From Amoebophrya sp. A120 (lineage: Eukaryota; Protista; Dinoflagellata): a stretch of 64,000 nucleotides of DNA. Within the stretch, counting starts at the first letter, position 1, and every line of letters starts with the position of its first letter. A program made the translations under genes and the position numbers. The notes beneath the pieces were generated by a model, which made no database searches, had not been told where the DNA came from, and saw only the letters and a list, made by a program, of their open reading frames with translations. This document shows positions 1 to 12,756 of this stretch, piece by piece. The DNA is taken from NCBI GenBank assembly GCA_905178155.1, contig CAJINV010000001.1, positions 791,643-855,642 on the forward strand, given 5' to 3'.

Positions 1-249
1 TTCCAAATGAAAACCTTTTGTCATGCATCAAAGGAATATGAATCTTTGTGATGCAGAGTCTGGGCGTATATAGCATTGCTTGCATGACAAGCGTCGCTCT
101 TGCTGGGATCTTTTGCAATACAAATTTCTGCTATTCACGATCGGAAATCTGTGACGCTGATAGATGCAAGAGGGCGAATGTTTCATTTGGAAAGGTTTGC
201 AATACAAATGCTCCCAAATTCGGGGGTGGGGGCATTTTTCATTGTGATA
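1..249. mobile_element. Partial TIR intron-like element (family B-like); left end outside window
   Basis: Ends ...GGGGGTGGGGGCATTTTTCATTGTGATA at 249, next to an in-frame exon. Internal IR TTCCAAATGAAA (1-12)/TTTCATTTGGAA (181-192). TTGTCATGC motifs present. Confidence 0.7.
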
Positions 250-1966
250 TGCCTTATGACTGGTTTCCGCGGTTTTTAGCAGTAGGTTGGACCCGCGGAG
301 ATAGACCGTGTTGTCTTTCTGTTATAACATGTTCGGATGGTGGGTCGGATGGTTTGATTCAGAAAAAATGCACAGATAGATGAGGGAAGTTTCAGTTTTG
401 AGGTTTCTTCGTGAAAAAAAAATAACCGAGGATCACAAATGGAAATGTAGTAAGTACCCATGACACCACTTTGCAGTAAGAAAATCAGCAACATATTGGC
501 ATGGCAGCGTGGTCTTCAATTACTAGAACTAGTTGTTGATCATGATCATTCCATTACCTCCAAGAATATTCTGATTGCTGCTTCTCTTGACGCATAGTGG
601 ATGAATGCGAAGCCTCGACTTTTCTGCTTTCCCCCCTTTCCATCGCCCTTCAGCTGGTGTCCCGCCCGCTCCACTAAGAGTACCATCCCTGAGTTGGTTT
701 CGTTTTTCTTTTTGTGTCCCAAAATTGAAATGGAAATAAGTCATGTGCGACATAATTGTCAGGCTGTGTCTGTGTGCATAGCATCGTTTATAATATCCTC
801 CAGCAAAACTCATTCCAATCTTCATGTTTAAAAAGTACTTACCCCATTGCGAGAAGAATTTTCCCAATTCGTCCTCCGTGTGCCATTCCTGCACGTAGCC
901 AACGAAAATTTTCGCCGGATCGGGCGACCGCAAGAAGGGATAGAGCTCCTCTTCGGTTTTCAGCTTGTCCTTCACGTCTTTCTCACTCTGATACCGGAGC
1001 GTCAGGTATGACAGGGCACAACTCCCCCTCCCACTCATTTGTATTGCATGAACAGCAATACAAACGCCAGCGACCCTGGAGCCTGTGCATGACAAATTTG
1101 TGTGCCTACTGTAGTACTGTTTGGGCTTTCGAAATTTGTCATGCAAACAGTGCCACAGGGCAGCGACTGGATTTGGGATTTTGCATGACAAGAAATGAGA
1201 GGGAGGGGGAGTGGTGCACTGTCATATCAGGTGCTGCGGCGGTTCCAGTCCGGGGAAATTGTGTCCGTCTAAGAAATATGGATTGCAAAAATGTCTGGGT
1301 CTGGAAGAATTCATGTTTGTCATGCTTGTCTGGCATGGCTCTTAAATCTGTCATGCACCTTACCCAAGAACCCCATTTTTCTGTCATGCAGAAACGCTGT
1401 TTGTCATGCAGAATAGGCAACACCTAGGAGCTCAGAAACTTGTCATGCTGAGCCAGCATTTGTAGCCTCATCATGAGACGCCACCCAGCATCACAAGTTT
1501 CCAGACCCAGACATTTTTACAATCCATAAGAAAGCGGCGTCCGCGTCTGCCGCTTGCTTGTAGGTGATGAAAGCGAAGGGAAACTTTCCCTCCTTCCGGC
1601 ACAAAGTCGCTTCCACGAGCGGGCCGTATTTGCCAAAGTGCTGCTGAAGCTGCGTTGGAATTGTTGTGCGAGGAAAGATTGATGGCAAAGTAGATACTTA
1701 ATATAGCTTTCTGTAGATGAATTGTGTCCACCAACAAACGTAGCTGCGGCCTCATTCTTTCACACTCACTACGATACTTATATTTTACCTCACAAAAACA
1801 CTATCAGTACCGAATGGTCATCGATCCAGTTTGGTAACCCTCCGACGTAGAGCTTCAACCGTCGTTCCACATACAGATGCTCATCCTCGCCGAGCCCCCT
1901 GGTGGAGACGAAATCGCCCTTGCCGCCCTTGTGCTTCCCCTTGCCTTTTTCCGAGGGAGCGTACAT
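250..1966 (-). CDS. Two-RRM RNA-binding protein (hnRNP A/Musashi-like), multi-exon, 3' end runs off the window
   Basis: ATG at 1966. Reconstruction gives KLYVGGLPNWIDDHS|LQQHFGKYG...FAFITYKQ (RRM1) and KIFVGYV...FSQWG|...SRGFAFIHY (RRM2). Uses GT-AG introns (e.g. 1650-1810) plus removal of TIR elements 1277-1528 and 1007-1226. Confidence 0.9.
1007..1226. mobile_element. TIR intron-like element, family H, TSD TCAGG
   Basis: TATGACAGGGCACAACTCCCCCTCCC...GGGAGGGGGAGTGGTGCACTGTCATA. TCAGG at 1002-1006 and 1227-1231. Removal gives QHL|TLRYQSEK. Confidence 0.93.
1277..1528. mobile_element. TIR intron-like element, family A, TSD AGAAA
   Basis: TATGGATTGCAAAAATGTCTGGGTCTGGAA...TTCCAGACCCAGACATTTTTACAATCCATA. 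AGAAA on both sides. Removal gives AAFL|DGHNFPG. Confidence 0.95.
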
Positions 1967-3004
1967 CTTATCAGTCTATTTAGATGAAATACTTCTTCAA
2001 AATAAATTCTACGTTCTCTCCGCGTCGAATTTTTGTCACTTACATATACTAACGCTAGTACTATAGGCTTGAAGTTCTTGAACCAGCTGACTACTTCTAT
2101 TTCTTTGTGGTAGATGAAAGCGCGGCTGGCGTCGTGTCCAGAGCCAGTGTGATGGTTTCAGTTTCAGAATTGAGGTAAAAGTAAAAGCGCGACCATTTTT
2201 ACGGAGGACCTAATGTGAAAGTTCTGTCCTCAGAATTCGGGAAAACGATAAAACAAAACCGTGGAGTTGGTCAAAATCAAAAACAAGGCGGTTCTCATTG
2301 ACAACGTTTACAAACATGAAAAGTTAAAGGTGGGCTCTGGTCGTTCTGTTTCATCCTGGTACTATTAGGGTATGCGCGCCGTCAATAGGGTACTTTATAT
2401 ACTTACGTGAGTTGAAAAATTACCGTGAGGGGCAATGCGTCCTCGACTATTCATGTGTGTACGGTTGTGTGCTGCGAGTTTCAATTTGTTCGTTATATCA
2501 AGTTGTGGTGCTAATATTGATCGTACGCGCTATGAATTACCTAAGTGGAGCAAAGCAACTGATTTCGCCCAGCGCAGAAATTGTGAACACAAGACCTAAG
2601 CGGTTGTGACTGTGGCATCTCTCTAGGATTACGAAGAATCGCGATGAGCATGAATTTATTTCTAAAATTTAGCATAGCATCTTGGAACTAACTTTAGTCG
2701 GAGCAAATCGCTACTCTTGATTTTGAATGATCCAATGAGATATAAGAGGACCACAAAAGTTGTAAGGTAAGCTTTGAAAAAGAAAAGAAGTATACAATAC
2801 GTAGCAGGCCAGCACCAGCGTGCACTATCGCAGTAAAAAATGCCTGCGCTGATCACACAATCTTTTTGAAGAACCATGGATAAAAAGATGCGATTGTTGT
2901 ATTCTAGCAAAGTTAGATATTTCGGACGGTCGGCCTCACTGTAGCAAGTACTACGGCACGGATTATATCACGTATCAAAATCTAACTTTTTGCAGAAACG
3001 CATC

Positions 3005-6000
3005 TCAATCGTGCTTACTATTTTTACAGCGATCAACCTGAGCGTTCACGTTATCGTTTTTCAACATGATTGCACTCGTAAAAAAAAGTTTGTAGTAGTA
3101 CCGCGTGAGCACGCCTAAAAAAAGTCGTAGTAAGAGAGGCAGATATGGAGAGAAAAAAGTTTGTCACAGTCACTAACTTGCAGGCTTCGCATTACAAATT
3201 TTCTCAGCATCACAAACTTTCCTTGTATTGCAGAAACACTAGAGAAATCCCTAATGAAGTTTGGCTGTGATGCATTTTTACGCATGACAAACAATTTTGT
3301 ATTGCAAGAATGCGCATGAGTGATCGTGACGAACTTTTTTTCTTTGATAGCAGAAAGAAGGAAACCAGTACCGCCTCAAAAAGGAGAATTTATGCGAGTG
3401 TCAGGATAGAAATCGTCAAAGTTGAAATAGTTTGTCATGCATAAAACCGATACCAGTCGGAAGCCCACTTATCAAGCGGCGCATGACAAATTTTTCGAGC
3501 ACCGGAATCCAATTTGTCATGCTGTTTGGGCACAGAGTAGTGCTTTTGTCATGCTACTTTAGCAGCTCTATTTAAAACCCTAAACAGGCTCACAGTCGGC
3601 CTCATTTGCCATCCCGGCAAGAGCAAGACAGGCACTTCATGCCTTGCATTTTATGCATGACAAATCATTTCAACTTTGTCGATTTCAAATCTGACGCTTC
3701 CATAGAATTGATGGTAAGTTTATGACCGTGATCCACTCCGCGTTTATGTTGCGCGCGATGCCGGACAGTGGCCGCCACAGGTAGTGCAGGACGAGATTGA
3801 ACGAGCAGCCATCGGCCAAGATGGAGAAGTCAATCGCTAGCCCGTTTGGATGACCTTCTTCCGCTTGTTCGCGAGTGCCGGCTTTATTCCCATCCTTATG
3901 GTCCTGCAGTCGTACAAGCTCTACAACTCGATGCACGTCCTTGCTCGCGGCCCTGCTCGGCACTGCCAAGATGGTATCTACCGCTGGGATAAGAATCTTC
4001 ATCTGATCCGCGTGATTGCTATTCCTTATCCTATTCTCCTTAGTAACGGCATTATTATGGTCCCACGGCGGTCGGAAAAGGATGGCTTCGCGAAACTTTT
4101 CCTGGAAAAGCGTTGCGTTTGCACGCCTCGGCACGTGCACGAGTTTATTTGATGCCGTCGTAGCTGGAAGGTTAGCGCTACCCTGTTTCTTTCCACCCTC
4201 GCCTAGTACACGCATGCGGAACGGCCAGAATCCTTCCACGATTGCCATTTCTGTTCTTTCAAAAATCTCCGGATACATATTGAGAGGAAAAATCCCCCCT
4301 CCCCATATTGAAAGCGCATTCGTCTGAAAATTTGTGATGCAGATCTGAGGCCACAAATCCTGTCTGTCTTACAAGAAGGCAAAGCCAGAGAGTCCGCCGC
4401 ATTATGCCGGCGGTTTGTGATGCTGTTGGGCTTACAGAGCCGACATCTGTCATGCTAGTCCCCTACGTCAAAACCTCTCGACCCAGGCTTGGCATGTGCC
4501 TGCAGTCCTCTCCAGCAAGACAGGCCCGATTTGTGTACGCAAATCCGGCATCAGAAACTTCGTTTCGATATGGGGAGGGGGGATTTTTCCCTTTGATAAT
4601 ACAGCACCCCGAAAACGACTCCGAGGTCGAACAGCAGCCCGCTTTGCCCGAAGATCGGCTTCCACCGCTTGGTCTGCGCTTCGCGCTGCAGCGTCGGCAG
4701 GTAGGGACAGAGGTAGGACTGGACAGACGAGAAAATAGAGTCGGGCTTCGTCGATGTTGCGGCCCGTATTCCTGTCTTACTAACCCGTTCGTTGCTCGTA
4801 CGGGAAGATTTTGCATCTACTTCCTGATCATGACCCTCACTGTATCGTAAGGAAAATCCCCCCTCCCCATATTGAAAAGGTATGTTTCCGAAAATCAAAA
4901 TTTGCGTTGCTGATTTGAGGTCACAAATCACATTTGTCTTGCAAGAAGACAAGGGCAGAAGCTTCCGCCGTACTTTGGAAGCAATTTGTCATGCTGTTGA
5001 GCCTAAAAGGGAGCCGCTTGCCACGCTGAACAACTAGACCCATACGCCCCTACCTAGCCTGGGGATCTGGCCGCAATGCCGCCCTGCAATACAAAGCTGA
5101 TTTGTGTACAGAAATTCCGTTTTGATATGGGGAGGGGGGATTTTTCCTTTCGATACACTGCAGTGGATTCTGCGGAGCAGAGCTTCATCGTACACCTGGA
5201 CCTCGCTCAGCGTTTGGCTCGTGTACATGACTTTTCTGACCGTTGGCATGTCGCGCAGAAAGTCTTCCAGAAACGCACGACTCTCTCCCAGGTGGTAGAA
5301 AAGCGAAACGTGCTCCTGGACCAGATTCCGTTCGTGCAACGGAACCAAACTCCCGCCCACGAAATGCACACTGTCCAGCTTCTTCAGGAGGGAGTCCATG
5401 GTGGTGGTCGGAGCTGGTGGCAGGTTCTTCATCATGGAAGGTGATCGCGGAGTTGTAGACGCAGTGGATAAATTCGTTGCCCGCCGCAACGCCGCGGTGA
5501 ACGCGGAAGTGGGCCCGAGAATCACGACGATCACGCTGTTATTTTGACTGTTTTGCAGATGCTCGACGAACGCAGCGTCACTGTCGTTTTCCGCATCTTT
5601 CTCCTCATTTCCGAAATCGCGACACAAGCCGGGAATCAAGGGCAACGCACACTCGTCGGCGCGGTACAGAAGGCGTGGTAGATCAACATTATGGGCAGTT
5701 TTCGCACTATGAAGGTAGTGCTGCTCATCTTCTCGAGCCACTTCACCAGTAGTTGTCTCTGCTCGTGCCACCGTCGTCAGCATCTTTCGACCCGTGTCTA
5801 GCCGGTGCAACAGAATCTTCAGATTTTCGTAGCAGACCTTGGTTGGAGCGTTTCCATAGGTCGCCGTAATGCCGGCCACTGGGTATTTGTGTTGGGACAC
5901 CAACATCGACACAGCCACATCGTCATCAACGTCCATCGCGTGCGGGGCCAGGCCCGCCGCGTCTGCGAAGATCCACAGAGACTTTTCTGCGATCTTGGAC

Positions 6001-6227
6001 GTTCTCGCAGCGGCGGGAGAGGCGGAGCTGTCGCTGGGAAAATGTTGTGCTGTGGTAAGTTCGACATTTTTTTCACCGAATAGTGACGACGCACTGACTT
6101 GCCTCGTTGGTGATGAAGATGACGCACTGACTTGTGTACAACGGGAGGGACTCAACGAAGGGACATCGACGTAGAGAAACACGAGCGCCGTCACTGCTTT
6201 CTTCCAGATGCATAGGGAAAGCTTCAT
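3005..6227 (-). CDS. Inosine-uridine-preferring nucleoside hydrolase-like protein with signal peptide and hydrophobic C-terminus
   Basis: Motifs WIFAD...DVDDDVA, GITATYGNAP, VILGPTSA, VHFVGGS. One continuous ORF to TGA at 3005-3007 after removing four TIR elements (4843, 4278, 3391, 3144). Confidence 0.8.
3144..3349. mobile_element. TIR intron-like element, family D, TSD GCAGA
   Basis: TATGGAGAGAAAAAAGTTTGTCACAGTCACT...AGTGATCGTGACGAACTTTTTTTCTTTGATA. GCAGA at 3139-3143 and 3350-3354. Confidence 0.9.
3391..3704. mobile_element. TIR intron-like element, family C, TSD GAATT
   Basis: TATGCGAGTGTCAGGATAGAAATCGTCAAAGTTGAAAT...ATTTCAACTTTGTCGATTTCAAATCTGACGCTTCCATA. GAATT on both sides. Confidence 0.93.
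4278..4598. mobile_element. TIR intron-like element, family B, TSD ATACA
   Basis: TATTGAGAGGAAAAATCCCCCCTCCCCATA...TATGGGGAGGGGGGATTTTTCCCTTTGATA. Removal gives VVFGVLY|PEIFERT. Confidence 0.95.
4843..5155. mobile_element. TIR intron-like element, family B, TSD CACTG
   Basis: TATCGTAAGGAAAATCCCCCCTCCCC...GGGGAGGGGGGATTTTTCCTTTCGATA. Removal gives RRIHCS|EGHDQE. Confidence 0.95.
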
Positions 6228-6587
6228 TGCAGAGCAGTCACCACTTCGTCTCCACCAGCTTGGGCAATGTCAAGAGTTTGAGTCACCTCACGACCGCATG
6301 TTGACACAGGGCCTGGAAGGCCCACACATTTTTCAAGAAGTTCTGCATGTCTGTGGCCTGCTGCACACGGGTTGTAACTACCATCTGAGATATTACTAGA
6401 AATGCGTCTTACTTTTAAAGCTGGTCTACTCGTACTCCCGCTCCGATTCAACCTCAAAGATAATGACCGGGGCTCCAGCTGGCTTCAGCTCCTACGGTGG
6501 ACTGGCACAGATCTACTAAGCTCAACACACAACTTGAATGATCGATACGAACAGCGAATAGACCGCGGAACAACTACAAACCAAGAG

Positions 6588-7594
6588 CTACTTGCGCTTG
6601 GGACTCGCAATCGATGCCGCTGTGGTTTCATCCACAGTGCAGCACTCACATACAATTTCCTCACATACAATTTCAATTTCTGTTCGTTCACATCGCTTCA
6701 TATATTTCTGTTTCGCAAATAATTGTTTTTCTTCGAGGAAGTTTTTTTTCAACACCTTCAGGGAAGGTCTTTTATCAATGGCCAGATCATCATCTGCGTC
6801 ATAGGAGACATGATATTTTCTAGGAACGTTGGATAGTTCTCCCTGCCGCCTGCGCGGTGCTTTTCTAGAAAACACTTGTTACATTGAAGACTACAATACA
6901 CAACAATTTGTAAACAACATCATAGAGTTCATAGAAGAAGACAGCGTTATTGTTCTGGAAACAACGAAGAGCCCGCCTGCTCTTGTAGTTTCCGTTTCGG
7001 AAGATTGAAGAGTTATAGATGAAGCTAGTTCTTGGAAGGCTTTCATGCTGCTACGGCTCGCCTCGCCGACTCAAAATCAATGTCTACAATTCGTTGATGT
7101 GCTTCAAAAGTTCAAGGGAGTAACCGCCCGTCCCTTGTTGATCACGTCTTTTCCTATTTCGCAAAAGAAGAAGAAATCGCCCTCATGGTATATTACGAAG
7201 TAAAATCACAGAGGGAAGTTTAGAGTTTGCACAGATTTTAGCATCCTATTAGTAATCGTTCCAATAATTTGAGGCCAGCTAAGGATAGCCGGAGCCCGAG
7301 TGTAGTACATGACGTCAGTGTTAATCATATAAAATTTCAATCGACCTCGATAAGACAACAAAATCTAAAAAGGCTGCAAAACTTTTTTCAGCTTTGCATG
7401 GTTATATTTTTCTCGGAAATAAGAAATGACAATAAGTACTTCTGCCGCATCTGTGTGAAACTGTACGAGGACTCCCTGCGCAAAAGTTCGGCTTCCACAA
7501 GCGCTTGCTCAGAAGTGCGATTTTCGCACACCTCGGAAGCGAGTCTCGGGAAACAAAACTCATCACGACTTTGCCGAGTCTTAGCTGACAACAA
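6588..7594 (-). CDS. Hypothetical multi-exon protein (structure uncertain)
   Basis: Charged, protein-like ORF segments 6588-6875 and 7388-7594. No recognised domain. Confidence 0.3.
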
Positions 7595-9474
7595 ACGCTC
7601 GCGACCATATTGCTCTATGGTCGTCGAGCATCTACACGCCCGCCAAGAAACGCGATTGCTAAAACAGGATCACACAAACGACCATCAATTATTTTCTAGT
7701 TCCTCCGTAGAGCAGTAAACTTTTTTTTTGCAGGCATTGTGATTGAACGCAATTATTCAAAGAACCACATATTTCTTGTGTAACAGGAAAAAGCAACGAA
7801 TCGCTTCGCCTCCGCGACAAGAATCCGCCGCCCCAAACGATGGCTGATTGACAACGCACCGGAGAACGGAGGCATATCATTGTGACAGCACACCGGCGAG
7901 GGTAGGTTTCTGTAGCAGCAACTGTAGGAAAAATAGAATCGCACGCATTATTCGTCCGCTTAATCAATTTCTTTTTGTAAAACTCTAAGAAAGTTGATAA
8001 ATGCAAGGTACAGTGTGACGTGAAGAAGTTGAGGGTGTAGACCTTTCGACCTCGGTAGTTGCAGGTGTGGCTGCGACAAGCATTTCCAAACCATCCTCAG
8101 TACGCAGAGGCGACACTGTGACTCACTATTTCCAGTGGATCCCGCCTCAGTGCCTGCTTGCTCAATATTCAAGGGGGTGAGTAATCTTTCAATGGGGTAA
8201 TGAGCCTTACATCATCGTATCAAGATTTTCTTTGTCACAAACACTCGCAACGCGGCGTTACGAGCGCGAGCGACAAGAATCTTAATGGAGAATTATATAA
8301 AGGCCTAAAAGTCGGACTATTCAGTCGAGAGCTCAACTGAAGCCATCCTGTCAAAAGCACAAAATAGAAGAGCGCCAAAGCGAAATCGATACTGTAGATA
8401 AACTTGTTTCGGAAAAAAGCACCCTGAACGAGCAGCCGCGTCCCCGAATGCGACACGAGACGCAACAGGTACGCAGTGCTTGCAAAACGGGCGAAGTGAA
8501 GCGCTTGCGTTATTGCTATCCCTGGATTCTCAAACAATACAGACTGTGTTTTTTTCTTTTTTTACTTGGTACAGCTTTGCTTAGTCCCTTTGGGCACAGC
8601 TTTGCGCTGCGGGGCTACGAGATATTCATTTGCACACCGGGACCATAATATCCTTATCCGGAAGGCTTGAGGGAATCATTTAGGAAGTTGATAGGCTTAT
8701 TTTCCAAGGGCTTTTTAGAGGCTTGAGTGACGGAGGTAGAAAGAAAATTTACTATTCTTTCCGTACGGGTACGCATAACAGTGCTTAGTTTTTTTTACTA
8801 TTCTTTTTTACAAGTTTGAGTCCAGGATTATAGCGATGGATGTATATACACTTCAGTAACGATAATCGTTGTAGCACAAAGTCAAATTGAAACAACTGAC
8901 AGACGCCGCAGTACAAACAACTGACATTTCCAACCGTTTACTTCTGGTGTATCGTATTGGCAAAGTGGCACAAAATTCATTTATAATTAGGAAGGTGTGA
9001 AAATACAAACGCGGATACTGTTACATGGATAGTACGGCGCTGTTCGCTCTCACCAAACAGCAAAAAATAAAGTGAACAACTTTGATATTCATACACAATT
9101 ATACTGATGCGTAAAAATTTCCGCCTCGTTACGACCGTGAAGGACTCCTAGAAGTGGCTGCTGGAAGTCGCCTGAGACCAGTAGAAAACAGCCACCAAGC
9201 TGAGCAGCCAATGGTATCATGTGCAAAAGCGTAGCGGTATTCATAGCAAAATCGCATCATATTATCACGCACTGCCAGAGTGGCTCAAGCCAGATGTCGA
9301 TGCTCTTACGATCGGAAAGCTCTTTTCGCAGAATGCCAATCACTTGTGGGGTGATTGCATGGAGAGACACAGGCCTTGTTGCGCCCCCCCCCTCGAGTGT
9401 TGCTCGGTCTTCATGCAATGAGGAAAAAGGAGAGCAGTCGCAGTGCCGTCTGCCTGCTACTTATTCAGCAGAGA

Positions 9475-12400
9475 CTACACTTTTGCACATGATACAGCAA
9501 ACAAAAGCAGCAGTGCTTGGATGTAGAAGTGAAAGGCTTCGGCGGGGACCTCGTGGTTGAACAGGATCAGAGAGCCGCCCTCCGTGTACCCGAAAATCGT
9601 CATACCCCCCGTGGTCGTCACGGTGGACGGAGTAGAAGTCACCAACGTCGTGATCTCCGACTGCTCCGTCGCCGCTGCCGGAGCCTGAAAATAAAGAGAA
9701 AATAACCGTTGGACCACTCCCCGTCACCTTGCAAAAACCGAGAGCAAATAAGAGGTGCTGCCCTAAGTAGATTTAGTTCAACTTCAACGGAACGCTACAA
9801 AACACGCATCTGCCATTTGGTTCAATGTGGTAAGACCAAAAAAATACCGCGCCAGCTGCACTCTTCTGGGGCGACGCCGCACCGCGCCCGATGTTGTTGA
9901 TGGCAATGGGACCGTAGGGGTTTCCGTTTTCGGCAGCGATCTGTGTTTGAATTGAGAAAGAAGGCTTTCTCATTTCACCTTCCCTACAGATGGGAATCAT
10001 GACCTTCCGCATACAACTATGAAAACAATGAAAGGCCTAAAATTTTTTCATCAAATGTGGTTGTTTGCGCAGTAGCGCGTCGTCGCCATATGTGCAAGTA
10101 ACACTCAAATAGTTACCGCACGGTTGCGGCGCAAGGCCTCGCGGTTCCGCGCACTGAGAGCGCTACCCTCCATGTCCGCCGGATGGGCCCAGGCACAAGC
10201 AGCTCCAGCTTCACAGCGTCCAATCTTCCAGAAGTAGCACAAGGGTTTCGGATTGCCCGGACCCCCGGCATTCGCGCCGTTCGCACCGTTGTTCTGCGGA
10301 GCACCAGCTGGGTATGCATTTTGCAAGTAATGTCTGGGTCTGGACAGTTGTCACGCGGGCTTAAAAATTGCAAGCACTTCCTATGCCCACTTAAACATGA
10401 GAATTTTTTTTTGTTGCGCCCGCGCGCTGCGCATTCTGCATGACAAAGTGCGTTCATTCCCATGGGGACCTACAAATGAAGTCATTCATCTGCTAGCACG
10501 ACAGAGTTTATCACTTCTTGGTCATGCCAGACGATCATGACAAAGTCTCGCATGAATTTCCCAGACCCAGACCCAGACATATTTGCAATGCATACTGGGG
10601 GGGCACGGACGGGACTGCCCGAAGTGGCCGAAGTGCTGGATGCATCGGTAGTACCCTTGGAAGACGACTTCGGAGCGGGCTTGGTCTTCGACTTGGTGTT
10701 GGTGGTGGAAGCGGGGGACTTGGGGCCGACCGGTAGTTGTGGGCGGCGAGCGTCCGCGACATTTCCATCATCGTTGGTCGTGGTACCGATCGTGCCCGCG
10801 GTGGGGGAAGTACCCGTAGTGGTGTTCGTGGTCCCCTCGGGGATGGCAGCAGACGTAGTCGGCGTGGTCTCCAGGTCAATATCAAGCGAAAAACGACACA
10901 ACTTCTATCATGCGCAGTTGTGTAAAAAGACTCGGACAAGAATACTTCGTTGCCCTCTTCTAGGGGGACTTTGTCATGCAAAGTGTGCAAAAGATAGCGC
11001 AGCCTAGTAGATATACTTCCATGATATTTCCGTCATCGGATTATCTCTTTTGCATGCGAGGTCCGAATTTTTATATCGTCGAATTGCTACGACATGATAG
11101 CGCTCCTAATGTGAAGAGTTTTCGAAGGATAACTGAACGGAGAAGGGGCTGTCACAGGAGTGAGCGAGGGAGAAGTCAAGGCCGAGTTGGTGGTCAACGG
11201 GGGAGAATTAGTCGACGGGGAAGTAGTCGCTGGCACCGCAGCGGTGCTGTCCAAGTTCTCGGGGACCGGAATGCACACCATCGAGCTGGCCGGCGAGTTC
11301 ACGATCACGGTGTCGTGGTCCGGAGTAGCATTCACGTTCTGGATAAAGTGATTTGAGCAACTACAGGAACTCGACATCACTTTCAATATTTATACAACTA
11401 CCGCAGAAGAAAGTCAAGTCGAAAGCTCGCACAGCGAAGTAGAATGGTCATGATATTATACCAACACCTACATCCACATGAAATCTTACCTCCCCTTCCA
11501 GGCCGGGCGGCGGACGGGATACGACTCGCGGCATTTCATTATTTCCCACCGGAGCGGCGGCTGCAGAGCCAGACACACCAGAGCGGGAGCTGTTAAGGGT
11601 CGAAGCACGACTGAGCGGGGCCTCCGTCGCGATGGTCGCAGTGCGACGGAGATTTTGCATCTGCTGCGCCGCACGGCGGCGGCGGTCCTGCTCCACGATG
11701 TAGGAATAGTAGGCCTCCGCGGTCTCGTATTCCCGGCCAGGATTTCCGGTGGCCACGACGGGGGAAGCAGCGGTCACGACGCGGGAAGTCGTGGCGGAAG
11801 CAGCAGCGGCCACGACGGGGCTGTTGGTGTTGGTCACCTGGTGGCCACCAGCGGGCGGCGTGCTCACGGACACCCAACCTGAGAGAGTCGTTGCATTTCA
11901 TTTTGCTATTTTTCCACCGGTCAAATAAACCCGGACTGCAAGCTGGCGTTACTTGTTCTACACGTACCAACACCAACATCAACAACACACACAGGAGCGC
12001 AATATGAACTCGCTTCAGTGTATCAATTTGTATCAAGGGAATAAAGTGACAACGTGGATGAAACCGAAAGTGGCGTTCGTATATAATCGTCAACAAAAAT
12101 GAACAAATTTAGCACAGTACTGTCGTCCAGGGAGGTGTTGGCGACGATCGACGTGTTGGCGACGGTCGACGGGGACAAACCGCTGGCACCGGCAGCGCAG
12201 GAGGCCGAAGCATTCGGCACATGCTGCCAGTCTCCGCCGTACTGGTCCACGGTCACGTGCTGCCAGTCCGAGTTGGAAGGGACGTTGGCATTGAAGTTCG
12301 CGGTGTAGTAGCCGTTCGGGTTCGTCGGGTCAACATAGTGATACCTGGAAGTAGAGTTGCGTTCGGTGAGATATATAATGAGTCTTGGAAAATCATGAAG

Positions 12401-12756
12401 TGTTTATACGTACTCTTAGACAATGTATCCAAACACGAGCGCCATGTTAAACCTATTTCACAACAAAGTGCCCGCTTGACAAAGGTTTCTCACAGAAGTT
12501 TCTTACTGATCTATTAAGCAACACGGAGGTCGTAGTACCCGGGAGTCGGGGCCACAGGGTTGTACACAGCACCCGCATACTGCTGCTGCTGCGCGGGCTG
12601 AGCGGCAGAAGCCTGGGGAATTGAGGGGACCGAATGTTGCTGGTAGTAGATCGGGTGGTTGTGCTGGGTCGCATTGTACGACCCGGTTGCGGCTTGCTGC
12701 TGGGCGACCCAATGCGCATCTGTGCGAAAGAATTTACTTACAGGTGGCTTGTTCAA
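9475..12756 (-). CDS. Low-complexity multi-exon protein with CCCH zinc finger (ends approximate)
   Basis: Series of GC-rich exons with GT-AG boundaries. CYFWKIGRCEAGAACAWAH (C-x7-C-x5-C-x3-H) joins in frame after removing element 10313-10594. Confidence 0.65.
10313..10594. mobile_element. TIR intron-like element, family A, TSD CTGGG
   Basis: TATGCATTTTGCAAGTAATGTCTGGGTCTGG...CCAGACCCAGACATATTTGCAATGCATA. Removal gives VRAPP|AGAPQNN. Confidence 0.93.

Noticed and set aside
10880-11099. Possible element starting TATCAAGCG with TTGTCATGC motifs
   Set aside because: No matching 5-bp repeat, and element+5 does not join the flanking ORFs in frame. Probably a degenerate copy, but boundaries are unsupported.
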